A DNA stretch of 64,000 nucleotides, taken from the NCBI GenBank assembly GCA_951406725.2, contig OX597819.1:116374001-116438000 (forward strand). The letters are read 5' to 3'. Source of the stretch: Octopus vulgaris (taxonomy: Eukaryota). Both the position numbers and the translations under genes were made by a program. Positions within the stretch are counted from its first letter, which is position 1; each line of letters begins with the position of its first letter. The notes under the pieces were generated by a model, which was not told the origin of the DNA, searched no databases, and was given only the letters and a program-made list of their open reading frames with translations. Below are positions 14,198 to 29,592 of the stretch, piece by piece.

Positions 14198-14912
14198 GAA
14201 AGAGAGATACAGAGATAAATACACACACACACACATGTATGTATATTGCATGTCTTTATGCATTAATAAATGTATGTAAACAAGTACATCTATACAAATA
14301 TTAATTTATGTACCAGTGTTTATAAGTAAAAATGTAAATTTATTATCTACTATCAGTGCTTGGAGTTTGAGTATGTTAATATTTTTATAGGTTGGTAGCT
14401 AAATTCAGTTTCTGATGTATATTTATTGAATGACGCTGCACGTACATTTATTTTCTTTTTTCTTGTATATCTTCTACATGTGTAAGTACTCCCGCTTATG
14501 GCTATCAAAACTAGACTTCAATTTGAGCAAGCGCTTAGGCTAAAGCATTTGTGAATATTTCGTTGAATATTCTTAACTCATTTTTCACTAGCAACATTTA
14601 AAATATTTGTGTTGCTAAATAGAAACAATTGTTTGTACACAAATGTATGAGTGTGTGAGAAAACATTATCATTGTTATTCGTTTACAGATATATGAAATA
14701 TTTAGTGGTGTGTATATTTATGAAATGGTAGTCGTAAAAGGCACGATTTTGTGAATATATGAGTTATTATATACATTCATCTATATTTGTTTTCGATAAT
14801 ATATTCCCTGTGTCTTCTTTTAGCTATGTCTATAAATCGCCTATCTTAGGTCTGAATATCGACATCCGTATTTGCTTGTACTTTTCTATGTGTGTGAGAG
14901 AGTATATATGCC

Positions 14913-15022
<110 letters not shown>

Positions 15023-15433
15023 GTAAATGGAATATAAGCTTAAAATGGAATCTACGAGGAACTTTATGATCATAACGATCGTTTCGACCCACCCTGCACA
15101 AAAGTGTCTCGTGATGTAATTTTACAGGCGGTGTCTCTGTAAATAAACCCTATTTTGCTCAGCATGTATTTCAGGAATTCCTCAGTGTCCGTTGAGTATA
15201 CAACGAATGATAGAACCAGCGACAATTATGTATATACTGTGGATTTGGTAGATGCCAAATACTTTATAATCACCTGACAGGTCATGTTATAATCTCACAC
15301 ACAAAATGCACCATCGCACACACATAAATATACACATATATACACGAATATTTTCTATGTCGGTACATACTCACACACACGCACAGACGCGCGCATACAC
15401 ACATACACACACACATAAACACACACACACATA

Positions 15434-16745
15434 TACGAGGATATTATATAGTGTTGTAAGAAAATGTCATCACGGTATTATCTACCTATGAGATATGATG
15501 TTGTAGCTGGAAATCGAAAGTTTACAATACAATGTTATTTACTCAGTTTTCCCTCTTTATATTTTATCAACTTCAGAGTATTCTCCATTCGAAACAACGC
15601 ATCACTCCTTATGCGTTTTTCACTGTTTCACTGTTTCAAGTAGTCCTATAATTCTTTTAACGCCTACATCGCTTTCTTTCTTTACCTCTTCCACGTCTGC
15701 AAAACGTATTACTTTAAGAATTTTTTTCATCTGAGGGGACAAAAAGACGCAGCGAGCAAGAACACTTGAATAGGGAGCGTGTATAAGCGGGCCCATGCCG
15801 CTTTTGTTTAAAACTGTCTCATACTCACTTAGCTCCGCTTCGTCACAGGTTGGGCCGTTTTTTCTCATAGCGTCATGCAAAAACGTCACAACTGCCAAGT
15901 AAAATCTCTGTTTAACTGTTTGACCAGGAGGAACAAATTCTGTGTGGACAATTCCTTTGGCATCGATGAAACAAATCAGCATCCTCTTGACATTGGATTT
16001 CATATGGCACTCATTTTGGGAGTAGGTGTCAATGAACACTTCTATTGACTTCATCGCTGCTTTGTTTCCTGAACGTAGCTAGCACCATCTTTCTTCACCA
16101 ATGATGACCTTCAAAAAAGGTCCGGATCACATTCCAACTGTTCTTTCAGTCCATGACACGAATTCAGTCATGACCGCTTTTGATATTCAGTGAGCAAGCG
16201 AGGCACACATTTTGTTGTAATTCATTTCATTCGCAATTCCACTCTCAAAAGTCGTTGAAAGGAGCTCCAGGACACACCAGTCATATCGAATCGTTCGTCA
16301 ATTATCTGGCGTTTGTCCTCCAAGATCGGTTTATTAAATTTCGTGATATCTTCATTCGACGGCCACCCTGAACGAGGCTGGTCTTCCAGAGTCAAGTAAC
16401 CATTCGTAAAGCGGCAAAACTACTCGTAAACTTGTATTTCGACTCATCGCAGCGGCTTTGTAGGCTGTTTCAATTAGGACAATTGTTTTGGCCGCCGTGT
16501 TCTCAATCAGAAAACAGATTTTCATGGACGCAGTTTCTTCGTTCCAGGCATCGTAAAAATCTATGAAGAGGGTAGAAGCACTGTTTAAACAAAGACGCGC
16601 TACGTGGAAGTAAGATCTCACCCGACGCGACGCCGGTCGGCAGACTGATGGGCAGAACGAAGTTGGTTCTAGCGGCGGAAACCTGCACTACAGCAGGCTT
16701 GCCCCACAGGGAAAGTTTTCGGGTGCTTTTGAGTACTTCCTCGTG
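15434..16745 (-). mobile_element. Near full-length (~1.3 kb) degenerate mariner transposon
   Basis: ORF 15620-16054 has MLICFIDAKGIVHTEFVPPGQTV and APYSSVLARCVF (YSPDLAPCDF motif), and an N-terminal HTH-like segment lies near 16350-16530. Ends share a decayed TIR start (tacgagga at 15434, reverse complement cacgagga near 16745) in TA context. Confidence 0.85.
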
Positions 16746-16811
<66 letters not shown>

Positions 16812-16821
16812 TATATTTACA

Positions 16822-16852
<31 letters not shown>

Positions 16853-16890
16853 GCATATATGTGTGTGTATATATATATGTATATATATAC

Positions 16891-16921
<31 letters not shown>

Positions 16922-16999
16922 TATACAATATATATATATATATATATATAAATATACATATACGTGTGTATAAATATATCTATATATATACATATATGG

Positions 17000-17040
<41 letters not shown>

Positions 17041-17564
17041 ATATATACGTGAAACATTACAAATGATTCGAGGGAAAAAATAGACAGACAGTGGATAGAG
17101 TTAGTTGACAGACACCTGAAAAGTGTTGAGCAAAATGTAAACAAATATTAACCATAACACCACACGTTAAAATAAACGATTGCCTATCAGTTACTTGTAT
17201 TTAAACAATTTCTTTTAATGAAACCATATGTACAGTACACATTGTAACCTAAGATACTGATAACGTACCAGCTATTCTGCTACGATGCAGAATGTTGCTT
17301 CGTTGATGATGGAGGTGACATATTGAGCAAATATTTAATTTTTATTCTTTTTACGGTGTATTCAAGCTGTATTTTAAAAGTAAACTTTAGGCAAAAGTAT
17401 TAAATTTCGAATACAATATAAAACTCATTGTATATAGTAAATACACAAAATTAGAACCATAAAAGTTTTATATTGGCATGTGAATAAACTGTCAGTTGTA
17501 TGTATGTATGTATATACATGTATGTATATAAGCACTCATACATACATATTTACACGCAACCCCA

Positions 17565-17629
<65 letters not shown>

Positions 17630-18225
17630 CATACATACATATGTGTGAGTGGATATATATATATATATGTATATATATACATATAGGAATAAGAATCAGC
17701 AATGTAACTATTGACAGTTTTTGAGTTCGAAATAAGATTAAAATATAAAATATTGCCTATTTCGAAATAATATCTATTTAATCTAATTCATCTAATCTAT
17801 ATATCCGTATTGATCTCTCTTTCAGAAATATCAAAGCAGTCCTCTTGATTTTCTGTTTTATATTAACGTTTTTCTTTGTTTTTGTTTTCTTTTTATCCAA
17901 ATTAATCTCGATGATATTACGTGTCTTGTAGGTGTTGATTTATAGCTAGCGCCCCTTTTTAGAAATATATATTCTAATGAAATTATTTCATTGGGAAATC
18001 GAAATAGAATAATCTTAAAGCAATATCGAATATCAATATCGTGTAGAATATCGTTTCTGTAAATGGCAGAGTTAAAATATATAATGGCTGGATAAAGAAA
18101 TCATTACTGGAAAAAAAAAATGAAGTCTTGTGATTGCATTATATAAAATCCACGGATAAGTCAATGCATTACTTACCTACACACGCAGCCCCGTACACAC
18201 ACATACACACATTCATATACACACA

Positions 18226-18284
<59 letters not shown>

Positions 18285-19415
18285 CTGTTTTTGGTAAAAG
18301 AAACAGCACATCGAGTCTCAGGCAAGAATATCTTTTCGAATGTATATCGAGCGGGTTTTCAGTGTGGTTTTTCTTTTCAAAATTTTAATAGTTAATAAAG
18401 ATAAGAGAATTTCATAAATAAGTTAACTATATTTTCTAATATCAACTTCGGATGAATTGCGATAGAGGAATTTGTTATTTTTATTTTAAATATTCAATAT
18501 TGATAAATGTTTTCGACTCATTGACATTCAATACGTGATTTAAATGGTCTCAAGAAGTACCCCTTTTTTTAATTGATTAGAGAAAGAAATTTAGGGATAT
18601 AGTAAAATATGGATATAATAAACTTAGTTTGTATTTAAAAAAGTCGGGATAGTTTATAAGTAAGACGTGTAAACTGACGAAACTTCGACAGTTTACAAAT
18701 AATTCGTTTTGAATGGTTGAATTCAAAGTACAGGCATTCACATTTTATAAACCAGAAGCTGTTTAACCCAATATTTACACGCCATGAATTATAGATTTCC
18801 TACTTCGACTTAAACTGTTAAAAGAATAGTCCTAATATTTAGGAAGAACACATAATATATAGAGGCAGGAGGGGAATGAAGCATTGCTAATAATATTATC
18901 ATTAGAAATGTACCAAATATTTCTTGTGCTCTTTCAGCAACAATAATATCTGTTACAACGACAGAAAAATATATGCCCCATATAGCAGGGGTATATGTGT
19001 GTGTGTGTTAGAGAGAGTTTGTGTATTGGCGTGTGTGTGTGAGTGTGTGTGAGTGTGTGAGTGTGTGTGTGTAAGAAACTATTTTGTTACATTATTATGT
19101 TTATACAAATGCGTGTATATGATAAGATTATTGAAAGAAACGAGAAAGTTCTAGTAAAAAATATTATTTTAACAGTATTTTGTGGCATAGGAAATAATAA
19201 ATTTATTCTGTACGAATAATTTTTTCACCCCTAAATATTTATAATTGTATATAAATTCCTTAGTTACTATAATTTATTAGTTTCTTTTTCATATTCTTAG
19301 TTTATGCATCTGTATGCAAATATAGTATTGGTATATTCCATTTATGTTCATTAGAAATTAGATAAATAAAGAATTTTGACATGTACGAATATTTATTCCT
19401 CCACCCCTCTGTATA

Positions 19416-19710
19416 TGCACAGGATTGGCTTTGTTGTAAGAGGTTTGCTTCCCTACCGCATAGTGCGGCCCCAGTTTCATTGCGTGCCTTTTTGAGCAGG
19501 TGTATTCTGCCATAGCCTCGGCGAGATAAATGCCTTAGGCGGAAACCGAAAGAAGCTTGTCGTATATGTGTGTATGTGTGCATGCATATGAGTGCCTTTC
19601 TGTCTGTGTTTGTCTCTCACCATCACTTGACGGCTGATGTTGGTTTGTTTTCATCCGATAGAACAAGTACCAGGATTAAAGTGTTCTGTGTTTGATCCGG
19701 TTGACTAAAA
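19416..19710 (+). mobile_element. Old diverged SINE family A copy
   Basis: gcacaggattggct...gcggaaaccgaaagaagcttgtcgtatat...gatagaacaagtaccagg aligns with family A. Confidence 0.7.
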
Positions 19711-22700
19711 TACTTACATATGCATGGATATTTATATACTCCCATGCACACTCACACACACATGCATATATAGCTCATTATGTTTAAAGGGTTGGTGTCA
19801 CGGTCTTGAGTTCCAATATGTGAGCGGCCGCAATGTTGGTCTTTAGCCACAGATATCATTTCAGAATCCCCCAGTCTTCTAAACTCAGAATGTGTAGAGG
19901 CCGATTATTTGGGTGCATCTTCCCTCCTCACAATTTATCCTATTCCGATCATCTGCTGAATGAATAAGTTTGAGAAGTTGCCTACGTCTGCTCCTGACAA
20001 CATTAGCACCTCAGTCTATTGCGATAGAACATATATATCAGTTTTGGTCTTCCAATTTCTTTTGTATCCATAAAACTTCCATTTCATATTACATTACTGC
20101 AGTTTCAAAATTTATTACTTATATTACCCTTAGAGAATTTTCAAATGTTCTGTAACTTCCCTGTTTTCCAATTCTTTATTTACAAAGTTAACACAATTTT
20201 TTATGTGTTTACCGAGTTGAAATTCTACAACATAACACACTATCCGTAACAAAGCCGCTGAAATTTACGTAGGAAAGATAAAAATGACTATCTCTAATTT
20301 AACCCTGAGAAAAACGATCTTTTCCTATCGTGACAACATGTGTATACTCTATAACCAATGAATCCTGAATCATTTTAAAATGTGCTTGCATTCCACAGAC
20401 AAATAAAGACAGCTGTATCGTATTAACAATATCGGTTGTTTAGTCAATAATTATCGAATAAAACATCCTGGTACTGCTTGACTGAGGAATACTCGGACAT
20501 TGTCCATCATATTTTTATATACGAAAACAGTTTTTCATGAAAAAACCAATACTTCTAATCAATCTCATGTTATGTACCCCGAAGCAAATAATTTATAACA
20601 AATATAATTCCACGGATGGTTCCGCTCTCTTTGACATTAGTTGATAAATATCGTAATTTGCAGAAGTGTATTCAGTCAGGACGTATTTTGAAAAAATCGG
20701 TTAAAATACCACTTCAGCTAAACACATTTCTCTTCCCACATTTTCGTATTCCTTATATTTGGTCAAATCCTTCTATATAAAATGGTACTGAATTTTTACA
20801 ATGATTCACACAAAATATCCTTTTACATCTGTGTGGACATAATTAACTGTGACATTTTCATAATTACCTGTCTCGTTTAAAGTATTTCATAACAGCAAGG
20901 AAATTGACCGTTAAATGCTAGATGTTAATTGGTTGCAATAAACTCGAGACTATTACCTCTTTATTTCCTAAGTATTCCGAATCGAGATAAATACAAATAG
21001 ACAAAAATTACAGCGAAAACAAAGATGTCAATGTTGTTTTTCGACGTGAGCTGCAAGGAACTTAAAATAAATTACTACTTTTGTCTGAAATAACTTTGTT
21101 ATTAAAATGGGAGTTTGAAGACTGACAGCAGCTGGGTTGAAGTTCAAATGAAAGCAACGATTTTCCCATCTCACAAAAACAACTTAAGCATTAATTACAA
21201 TTAGTGACTTAATCACACATCTTCCAATGGGATGCTGTCATAGTCACGTGGCTAACAAGTTCGGTTGGCACCTGTTGCGTTCGATTCCATTTTGCTTCAT
21301 ATTCAGCAAGTATTTTCTGCGGCTACCCCGGGTAAAGACTTGTGAACGAAAGTTGGCTGAGAGAAAAATTATACGAAGAGTTTGCCAGACAGATCATTCT
21401 TCTTCTTGGTTGCCAGACACAATCCGACGTCTGTTTGAATAACATTATATTGACTTTAGATGATTTTAGGGGAAAACATTCTGATGCGATCATACTCACT
21501 AGTTTTAACTCTGAGCGTAAATTATCCCAATATCAGTTTTGGTACAGTAGTTTGATAGAAGATTATATAAAAAGTAAGGAAAAAAGGAAGCGGCAAGAGA
21601 CCCATGCACCAAGTGGTGTGTAATTGGATGAACAGAGAGCATTTTTCTAGAGGACAAAAGGGTAGATAGACCAACCTTCTTTTCGTTAGGTTTCGTAGCA
21701 TTCTCAGAGTTAACATTAGATCATTCATTAGTTATATAACCTACTCTTTGATTCGAAATAAAATGATTTCAAATGTAACTTCAACACTCTTAGAGACACA
21801 TAAGTATTTTTCCAAGATAGATGATATTTGAATATTCTAGATGTTCGAACATTTGTTATAGCTGGGGCATCTCGTGGTTGAACAATTAGGACACAGGTTT
21901 TCGCTGGTCATCAGAGTGTCATTGGCCAAAAGCATTTGTATCTATACTGACAATTACGTCATTGTATAATGACTTTCTCGGAATTAATTTCGAGATGCGT
22001 TTTACCACGCAGCTGCTTGGAATCTCTATCCCACCTTAACCTTGTTAGGTCCACCATTCCATGCTGCTGCATATTTCAGTTAATGACATGAAAATAGTTG
22101 AATAATCTTTCTACCTTACCAGGAAGCAGGAGTCTTGAAGATATAAATATTATATGACTCTGGATTTCATAAATTTCGTTCCTCATCTGCTCTCTCAACA
22201 CGATGTCCTAGACTCTCTTTTACGTATCATCAAAACGATGTCAAATAATCTTCATCATCCACGTTTTTGTTCTATAAAGACAAAATGCTTTCTATTCAGA
22301 CTTTGGGAAGGCCAGCGACTTTTTTGATTTTGAAATACTTCGAATATTCTAAAGTTTGTTACAGACATTCCAGTTTTGCCTCTTGCATATCAGGAAGTAA
22401 CATCTTGCTTTCAACAACTTAAGATCCATACTTCTTGACGTCGATGCCCAATTTGTTTTATGCGTCTTCATTGCCTAACTGGCATGTAACTCTAAAGATA
22501 GGAAATGTCATGGAGGGAACCTAGTTTTAAAATTGCTATCAATTGCTATCTCACCTACTGCAAGTAAATGGCTTAGATCACTGTAGCAGAATGCCGGTGT
22601 ATTACTCGAAATTCTGTGATTAGTATGAGATCAATCATGAACTGCGGTAGAAAAGGATTTAGAATGATGAGTTTTCTCTCAATTTTCATGATTGCCCCAT

Positions 22701-24249
22701 TTTTGGAATCTCTCATAATTTGTCTGTAATCAGTTTTTATTTCACATTAAAGAATTACAGCATCCTGTATATTCCTCTAAGTTTCATATTAGGAATCAAC
22801 ATATAATTTTCATGCATCTCATACATAGTATACAACACCGTACTTGTGTTCAGATAATAATTACAGAACGTGTGTTAACGGGAAGTTATACTGTAACAAC
22901 CGAACCTCCTGTTCATAGTCGGTAAAATAAGTAACATTTGAGCCTGGAGGCGGTGTAATCGAGCCACTTTCCTAAACCTGCCAGCCTTAAGTCAAAATAT
23001 GAAACCACGTCGACAAGCTGACTCAGCTTTTTTGCGTGTAAGGAAAATGCGATACGGTATTTATTAAAACTCTTTACGTTCTGTGTTCAAATTCGATGAC
23101 GGTTGACTTTATCATTTATCATTTCTAGGTTAAACGCTGAAGCCTTAGCAATGGTTTTCCCCGTTCCCTGACAATTACTGGCCTTGCACTTAAATCAGAG
23201 AGAATTACTGTTAAAGACAGTGATCTGGTGGAATTCTTATCTGGACGGACAAAAGGCTTCGTTGTATTTATTGCGGTTTTATGTTCTCAGTTCAATTCTG
23301 CGAAGGTCGATTTTGCTTTTCATCAGTTCACGCTCCATAAAATACGTACCAGTTACGCACTGAGCTTGATGTATTTGATTAGACAGAATTATACCAACAA
23401 CCTACTCCAAGTTATCATAGGTACTCAAACTTAGATGTTTTTCAGCGGATATTTGATATTTAATGCAAGAGACACCTATGTATTTCGTGCCAATGGGGAT
23501 ATGCTGAGGGCTTTACATCTAAGACGCATTCATGAATAGACTATAAGCGGGAACAAAGGAGTAGTTTGTTAGTAGCTACGACTTTAATAGTATGAAAGGA
23601 ACGAGAATTTTGTCTCTAGTGCGTTGCGCAGATGAGTATTTTTGTTTAAATCTCTATATTTATCTTTATTTCAATGGTTTTAATGAACCTCCTTATGAAC
23701 TCTGTCGATTATAAATTAGCAAAATAATTTAGCAAATAATGAAGACATAGTTGAAATATTTATTGCAAGCTAACTTCTGTATTCCCCAAAGAGAGGAGAA
23801 TCCAAATGCAGATCAAGAAATAAATTTCAATAAATCGAACGCATAAATGGGTAAACGGATTGTTATAAATACACTTAAATTCCATTTGTGTATAATTGAC
23901 ACAAATGTCAATTAGAGAGTATTTTTAAAGTTCGGACAAACAAACCATAGCACGAAAGTTAATAAATTCTCCCCGCGGAATATATATTAGATTAATAAAA
24001 CATTAATATGGAAAATCGAAACGAGGAATGTCTAATGATATTTTGGGAAACGCTAAAGTGATCCATAATATTATACTCAAAGATCTACAATGTTTTGATA
24101 CTAGCGCTGAAGGCTTCTTATATATTAAAAGTTAAAGAATATTATTGTATCACTCTCATTGACTTGACTCAAGATTTTTTTATTCTTAGTAGAATTTTTA
24201 TGGGTAGCAATTTATACCCGTAACCTTAGATATCCATAACTTTTCAATA

Positions 24250-24910
24250 ATCTTTCAAGTAATAATCTTTCTTGTCCCGAAAAGGCAGACTTTCCGTAGA
24301 AGTTCTACAGGACATTCTATTCCAGTCTCTTTCAACCATTTGTCTATATCTTTACTCATAGTTCCTAATGCACCAAATATTAAAGACATAGTTATCATAA
24401 TTCAAATTCACACAATTTCAAATTTTAAGGGACTGTATTTTGTAAAATTGTCATCCTCTGTCTTTACAATGAAGTGGACATAATTACTCAATTAGTAAAA
24501 AAAAAAAAAAAAAAAAAAATGTCCCTGCCTATTTTTATTATGTATGGTTTATTATTTTCTAGCTTTTTATCTGTTTCAAAAGGAAAATTCAATAAAATTT
24601 CGCATTTCACCGACTGATGCGCTAGTGATTCCAGTGTAAAACTTTAACACTTGATCATGCTTCCAATTCTTGTATCCTTCCTGTACCAACTTGGGACATT
24701 CCGCAACAATGTGTACCACTGTTTCATTTCAAATTATACATAGTCTACATTTTGCTGACTCTTTCTCTCCACACACATATTTTCTCAGGTTGCTTGATTT
24801 AACGCTTGGTCTTCAGCTGTCATAATAAGGCTCTCTGAATCTTTTTTTTTCGGTTGGTTTTTATTCCACATACATCCTCAGTTGCTTTCCAGAACTGACC
24901 ATGCAATGAT
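24250..24910 (-). mobile_element. RLE-type (R4-like) non-LTR retrotransposon 3' remnant
   Basis: Minus strand reads ESAKCRLC...ETVVHIVAECPKLVQEGYKNWKHDQV (CCHC knuckle plus RHD-like motif) and LIFGALGTMSKDIDKWLKETGIECPVELLRKVCLFGTRKII. Confidence 0.8.
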
Positions 24911-25019
24911 TTCTCTTCAATTAGTTTAATATGTTCTTTTCTTTTTCAGTCTTGTTCTTTTCTCCTGTACCACATTTGATCAAGTATTACTTAACTACAT
25001 TCATAAATTTGTCTGTGCT

Positions 25020-25381
25020 TGTCTTCCTCTTCTTCTTCTTCTTCTTCTCCTTCTTGTCCTCCTTCTTCTTCTCCTCCTTCTTCTTCTCCTCCTTCTTATT
25101 CTTCTTCTCCTTCTTCTCATCCTTCTCCTCCTTATTCTCCTTCGTCTTCTTCTCCTTTTTCTCCTCCTTCTTCTTCTCCTTCTCCTCCTTCTTCTTCTCC
25201 TCCTCCTTTTTCTCCTCCTCCTCCTTCTTCTCCTCTTCTTCTTCTTCTTCTTCTTCTTCTCCTTCTTCTCCTCCTCCTTCTTTTTCTTCTCCTTCTTCTC
25301 CTCCTCCTCCTCCTTCTTCTTGTTCTCCTTCTTCTCAGCCTCCTCCTTCTTCTTCTCCTTCTCCTCCTCCTCCTTCTTCTT
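25020..25381. repeat. (CTT/CCT)n low-complexity polypyrimidine tract
   Basis: About 360 bp almost entirely C/T triplet repeats. Confidence 0.95.
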
Positions 25382-25609
25382 TAATGCAGTTGGTGGACAG
25401 AATCTTTAGTAAGCCGGACAGAATGCTCAGCTGCGTCACTTTCGGCTTTCTGAGCTCAAATTCTACTGAGATTCAGTTTGCCTGTCACCTTTTCGAGATT
25501 GACCATTTAAGTAACAACTTTGTACTGAGGTCGATGAAATCTCCTTTCTCCTCCAAAATTTCAATACGAGTGCCCATTTTAGGAAGGATTATTATTGAAT
25601 TTTATTATT

Positions 25610-25942
25610 GCTCTCCTTTCTGTTAATATTGTTTTAAGTCACGTTTGTTTGTTTGCTTGTTTGCTGGTTCGCGGACAAGATATCTCAAGAATAGCCGCAT
25701 GGATTCGGATGGAACTTTCAGGGATGTTTGGCCGCATGACTGGCACACCCTGATTAGATGTGGGGATCGATCCGGTATTGGACAAATATTCTGGATTATT
25801 TTTCCGGATTTTTTACATAATTTTCGAAAACGGTCGGATTCATTTTTAGTATTTTCGTCTCCGGCTAATCATCTCCGGTTAATCGTTGAGACGACGTTGG
25901 TGTTACCATGGCGGTGGTATGTGCCCTCTGAGCGCTCTTGTT
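25610..25942 (+). mobile_element. Putative non-autonomous Helentron/HINE-like DNA element
   Basis: (GTTT)n near the 5' end, internal gatatctcaagaa...ggattcggatggaacttt...gattagat, and a 3' ggcggtggtatgtgccctctgagcgctcttgt end. This architecture resembles DINE/HINE-type elements. The 5' terminus is decayed. Confidence 0.45.
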
Positions 25943-26020
25943 ATAATTTGTATTTGTTCATTAATATATTTTCTATTTGTTTTTGTTCCATTCTTAAACC
26001 TTTTAACCATCCGTCCCATT

Positions 26021-26252
26021 ACCTATTTCTTTACTACCCACAAGGGGCTAAACACAGAGGAGAAACAAGGACAGACAAACGGAATAAGTCGATTATATCG
26101 ACCCCAGTGCGTAACTGGTACTTATTTAATCGACCCCGAAAGGATGAAAGGCAAAGTCGACCTCGGCGGAATTTGAACTCAGAACGTAGCGGCAGACGAA
26201 ATACCGCAAAGCATTTCGCCCGGCGTGCTAACGTTTCTGCCAGCTCGCCGCC
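26021..26252 (-). mobile_element. Full-length SINE family B
   Basis: Minus head ggcggcgagctggcagaaacgttagcacgcc, B box gagttcaaattc, central gtcgactttgcctttcatcctttcggggtcgat domain. TSD tcccattacc at 26014-26023 and 26254-26263. Confidence 0.9.
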
Positions 26253-26550
26253 ATCCCATTACCGCTTATTTTCCTCCTAATCATCTTCAACCACAGCATA
26301 ATGAAACTTGGGTTTTGTTTATCGGATAATTAATAGTATAACTTATAACTGAAATTATTTCGACTGCAGTGAAACACTGAATTCATGATCAAGTAAGATA
26401 TATTTGTATTGTGTTATACTCTGTATTTACAGGAAATTGCATCGTTTAACTTGTAGACATGAGCACTAATATTATAGTGTGTTTAAAATGTAGCTTTTAT
26501 TTCTACATACATACATACATAATAAATAAATACACACACACAAACACACG

Positions 26551-26581
<31 letters not shown>

Positions 26582-26656
26582 TACTTTTACTCATCTACTC
26601 GTTTCATCCATATATGTATATGCATGTGTGTGTAAGCACGCGCGCGTGTGTGCACC

Positions 26657-26690
<34 letters not shown>

Positions 26691-26742
26691 TACATATATA
26701 TATACATATAAAAATACATATATACATCTATATATATACATC

Positions 26743-26811
<69 letters not shown>

Positions 26812-26839
26812 TTAGAATAACTTAGAAAGGTTTTTGGCC

Positions 26840-26890
<51 letters not shown>

Positions 26891-26917
26891 CATATATATA
26901 TACATACATATATATAT

Positions 26918-26996
<79 letters not shown>

Positions 26997-27499
26997 CATA
27001 TATACATACAGATATACAGTAGTTAAATATGATAGGATATTATACGTGATGACACCCGGTATGGAGTATTTCAATAAAGTGTAGTAGAAAATAACATACT
27101 GGTTTTGTGTGCTAAAAATGTAAAACAGAGCAAACAAATATGAAATTCAATCGTGTGAAAATGGCGAATGATATAAGATTTATGTATCAAAATCTCATTT
27201 CAAATCCCCCAGAAATATGCTGCACTCTCATATGTTTTTGCTTTTCCTATTATTTTATTGATCCGTACTATTCCCCTGGGGAAATTAAAAGATTATATAT
27301 AAGATCAATAGCATTTTATGTAAAATCAATACAATAATTTCCATCTGATATTAAAAATCTGAAAACTTCATAAATGCGCAAATTCACAAACACACACACG
27401 TACATACAAACGCATATATAAACATGTATAGTCGTAGGATTTAACGTGTATATATATTTATACATATTTATGTATACATACAGATATATATAATACATG

Positions 27500-27531
<32 letters not shown>

Positions 27532-27838
27532 ATACATGTATGTATATATATATATATATACATACATAAAGACACGTATACATATATTCAATGCATAAAT
27601 AGTTAGATATAAATGTATACAAGCTAAGATATATATATGTAAATATGTATCTAGAATGGTATGTATATGAGTGTATTTATATATGCGCTGTACCTTTTTA
27701 ATTCTATCTCTAAGTATTAACATATAGACCATGCTGGATAAAGCGATACCTACAAATGTCTATTTATGTCTGTATCACTCTTCAATATTGATATGCACAC
27801 GTGTTGAGGCATTTGATGCATAACTAATTATATATATG

Positions 27839-27904
<66 letters not shown>

Positions 27905-27988
27905 AATATTTGTGCAATATATCAATGAGTATGAACATGTATTTGTGCCGCTGTATATAACACACACACACGCGTACATATATATATA

Positions 27989-28038
<50 letters not shown>

Positions 28039-28363
28039 CACATAACACATAAGTGCGTGTGTGTGTGTGTCTTTGTGTGTGCAAACATGGAATGAAAGTA
28101 GAATAGAATTGTAAATGAAATGAATTAATACCATATCAATAATCATGAGTTATGTCATATGGAGAATAGATTCACAAGTTATATACATCTAAATTTGAAC
28201 ACGTACCAAATTATATAACTTTATACATACATACATTCATGCACATACATTTATATAAAAAATCGTTCTACAATTTCTTTTCCCCTTTGTCTCTATCTCC
28301 TTCTTCTCCCTCTTTTTATTACTTTATATATATATACACACACATACATATATATGTATATAC

Positions 28364-28399
<36 letters not shown>

Positions 28400-28466
28400 C
28401 TCTCTCTCTATATATATATATGTGTGTGTGTATCTATATCTCTAAGTATATATGTGTGTATATATA

Positions 28467-28505
<39 letters not shown>

Positions 28506-28538
28506 GTGCATATATATATATATATATATGTGTGTGTT

Positions 28539-28585
<47 letters not shown>

Positions 28586-29552
28586 ATGTATGTATGTATA
28601 TATATATGTATATATGTTTTTATGAATGTATGTATATTACTCTGTGAGTGTGCATGCCTGTGTAATTATGTATATTCATGCCTTATTGTGTAGTTGTCAG
28701 TTTCCTACATATTGAAGTCTTCATAACAATAGAATTTGATAGAAAACCATTGTTATTAACGATTATGGCGTTGATGCCAAGAATAAAAGAACCGAAAGCT
28801 TTAATTTTTTTTTCTAATATTCTGTTTTGAAATTTCACCAACAGCAATATTATTGAATGGGTGGGATGAAGTGATCGGATAAAACAATGTTTTAAGCAGA
28901 ATGCTATAAATTAACACATACATATTTATCATTTGTTTTTTTGTTTTTTGTTCATTTCGTTTTATATTCTTGAAAACTCCACTTTAGATAGCATTGTTTC
29001 CTTTTTTTTTCTAATGTTATATCACAGTTATTTCATATACGAAATTATATCCCTGAAATTAATAATATTAAATATATTGAATACACATACGTGCGCACGC
29101 ACATACACACACGCATATACACACATATATGTACGTACATATGGTTGTATATATTTTTATATTTGTATATATACATATGTATATATATATAGTATATACA
29201 TGTATATCAGCATATATATATATATATACATGTATATCTGTATATATATATATATATACATGTATATCTGTATATATATATATATACATGTATATCTGTA
29301 TATATATATATATATACAGATATACATATATATATATACATACATAAATGTACTTATATCTATATATATGTATATATGTATATATATGTATGTGTGTATA
29401 TATAATATACCTATATACATATATATGCACATATTTACATATATATATATATATATATACATGCAATTATGTGCTTATATATGTATATAGGTATATTATA
29501 TATACACACATACATATATATAATGCGTTTATATATATGTATATGTGTGTGC

Positions 29553-29592
<40 letters not shown>

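Noticed and set aside
21870-22900. Very old LINE RT remnant (GGIEIP-like and KLGI-like fragments); likewise 10200-10800
   Set aside because: Only scattered weak motifs. A BLASTX search would be needed.
24931-25626. 231-aa F/S/P-rich ORF
   Set aside because: Translation of a (CTT/CCT)n tract plus a SINE remnant.
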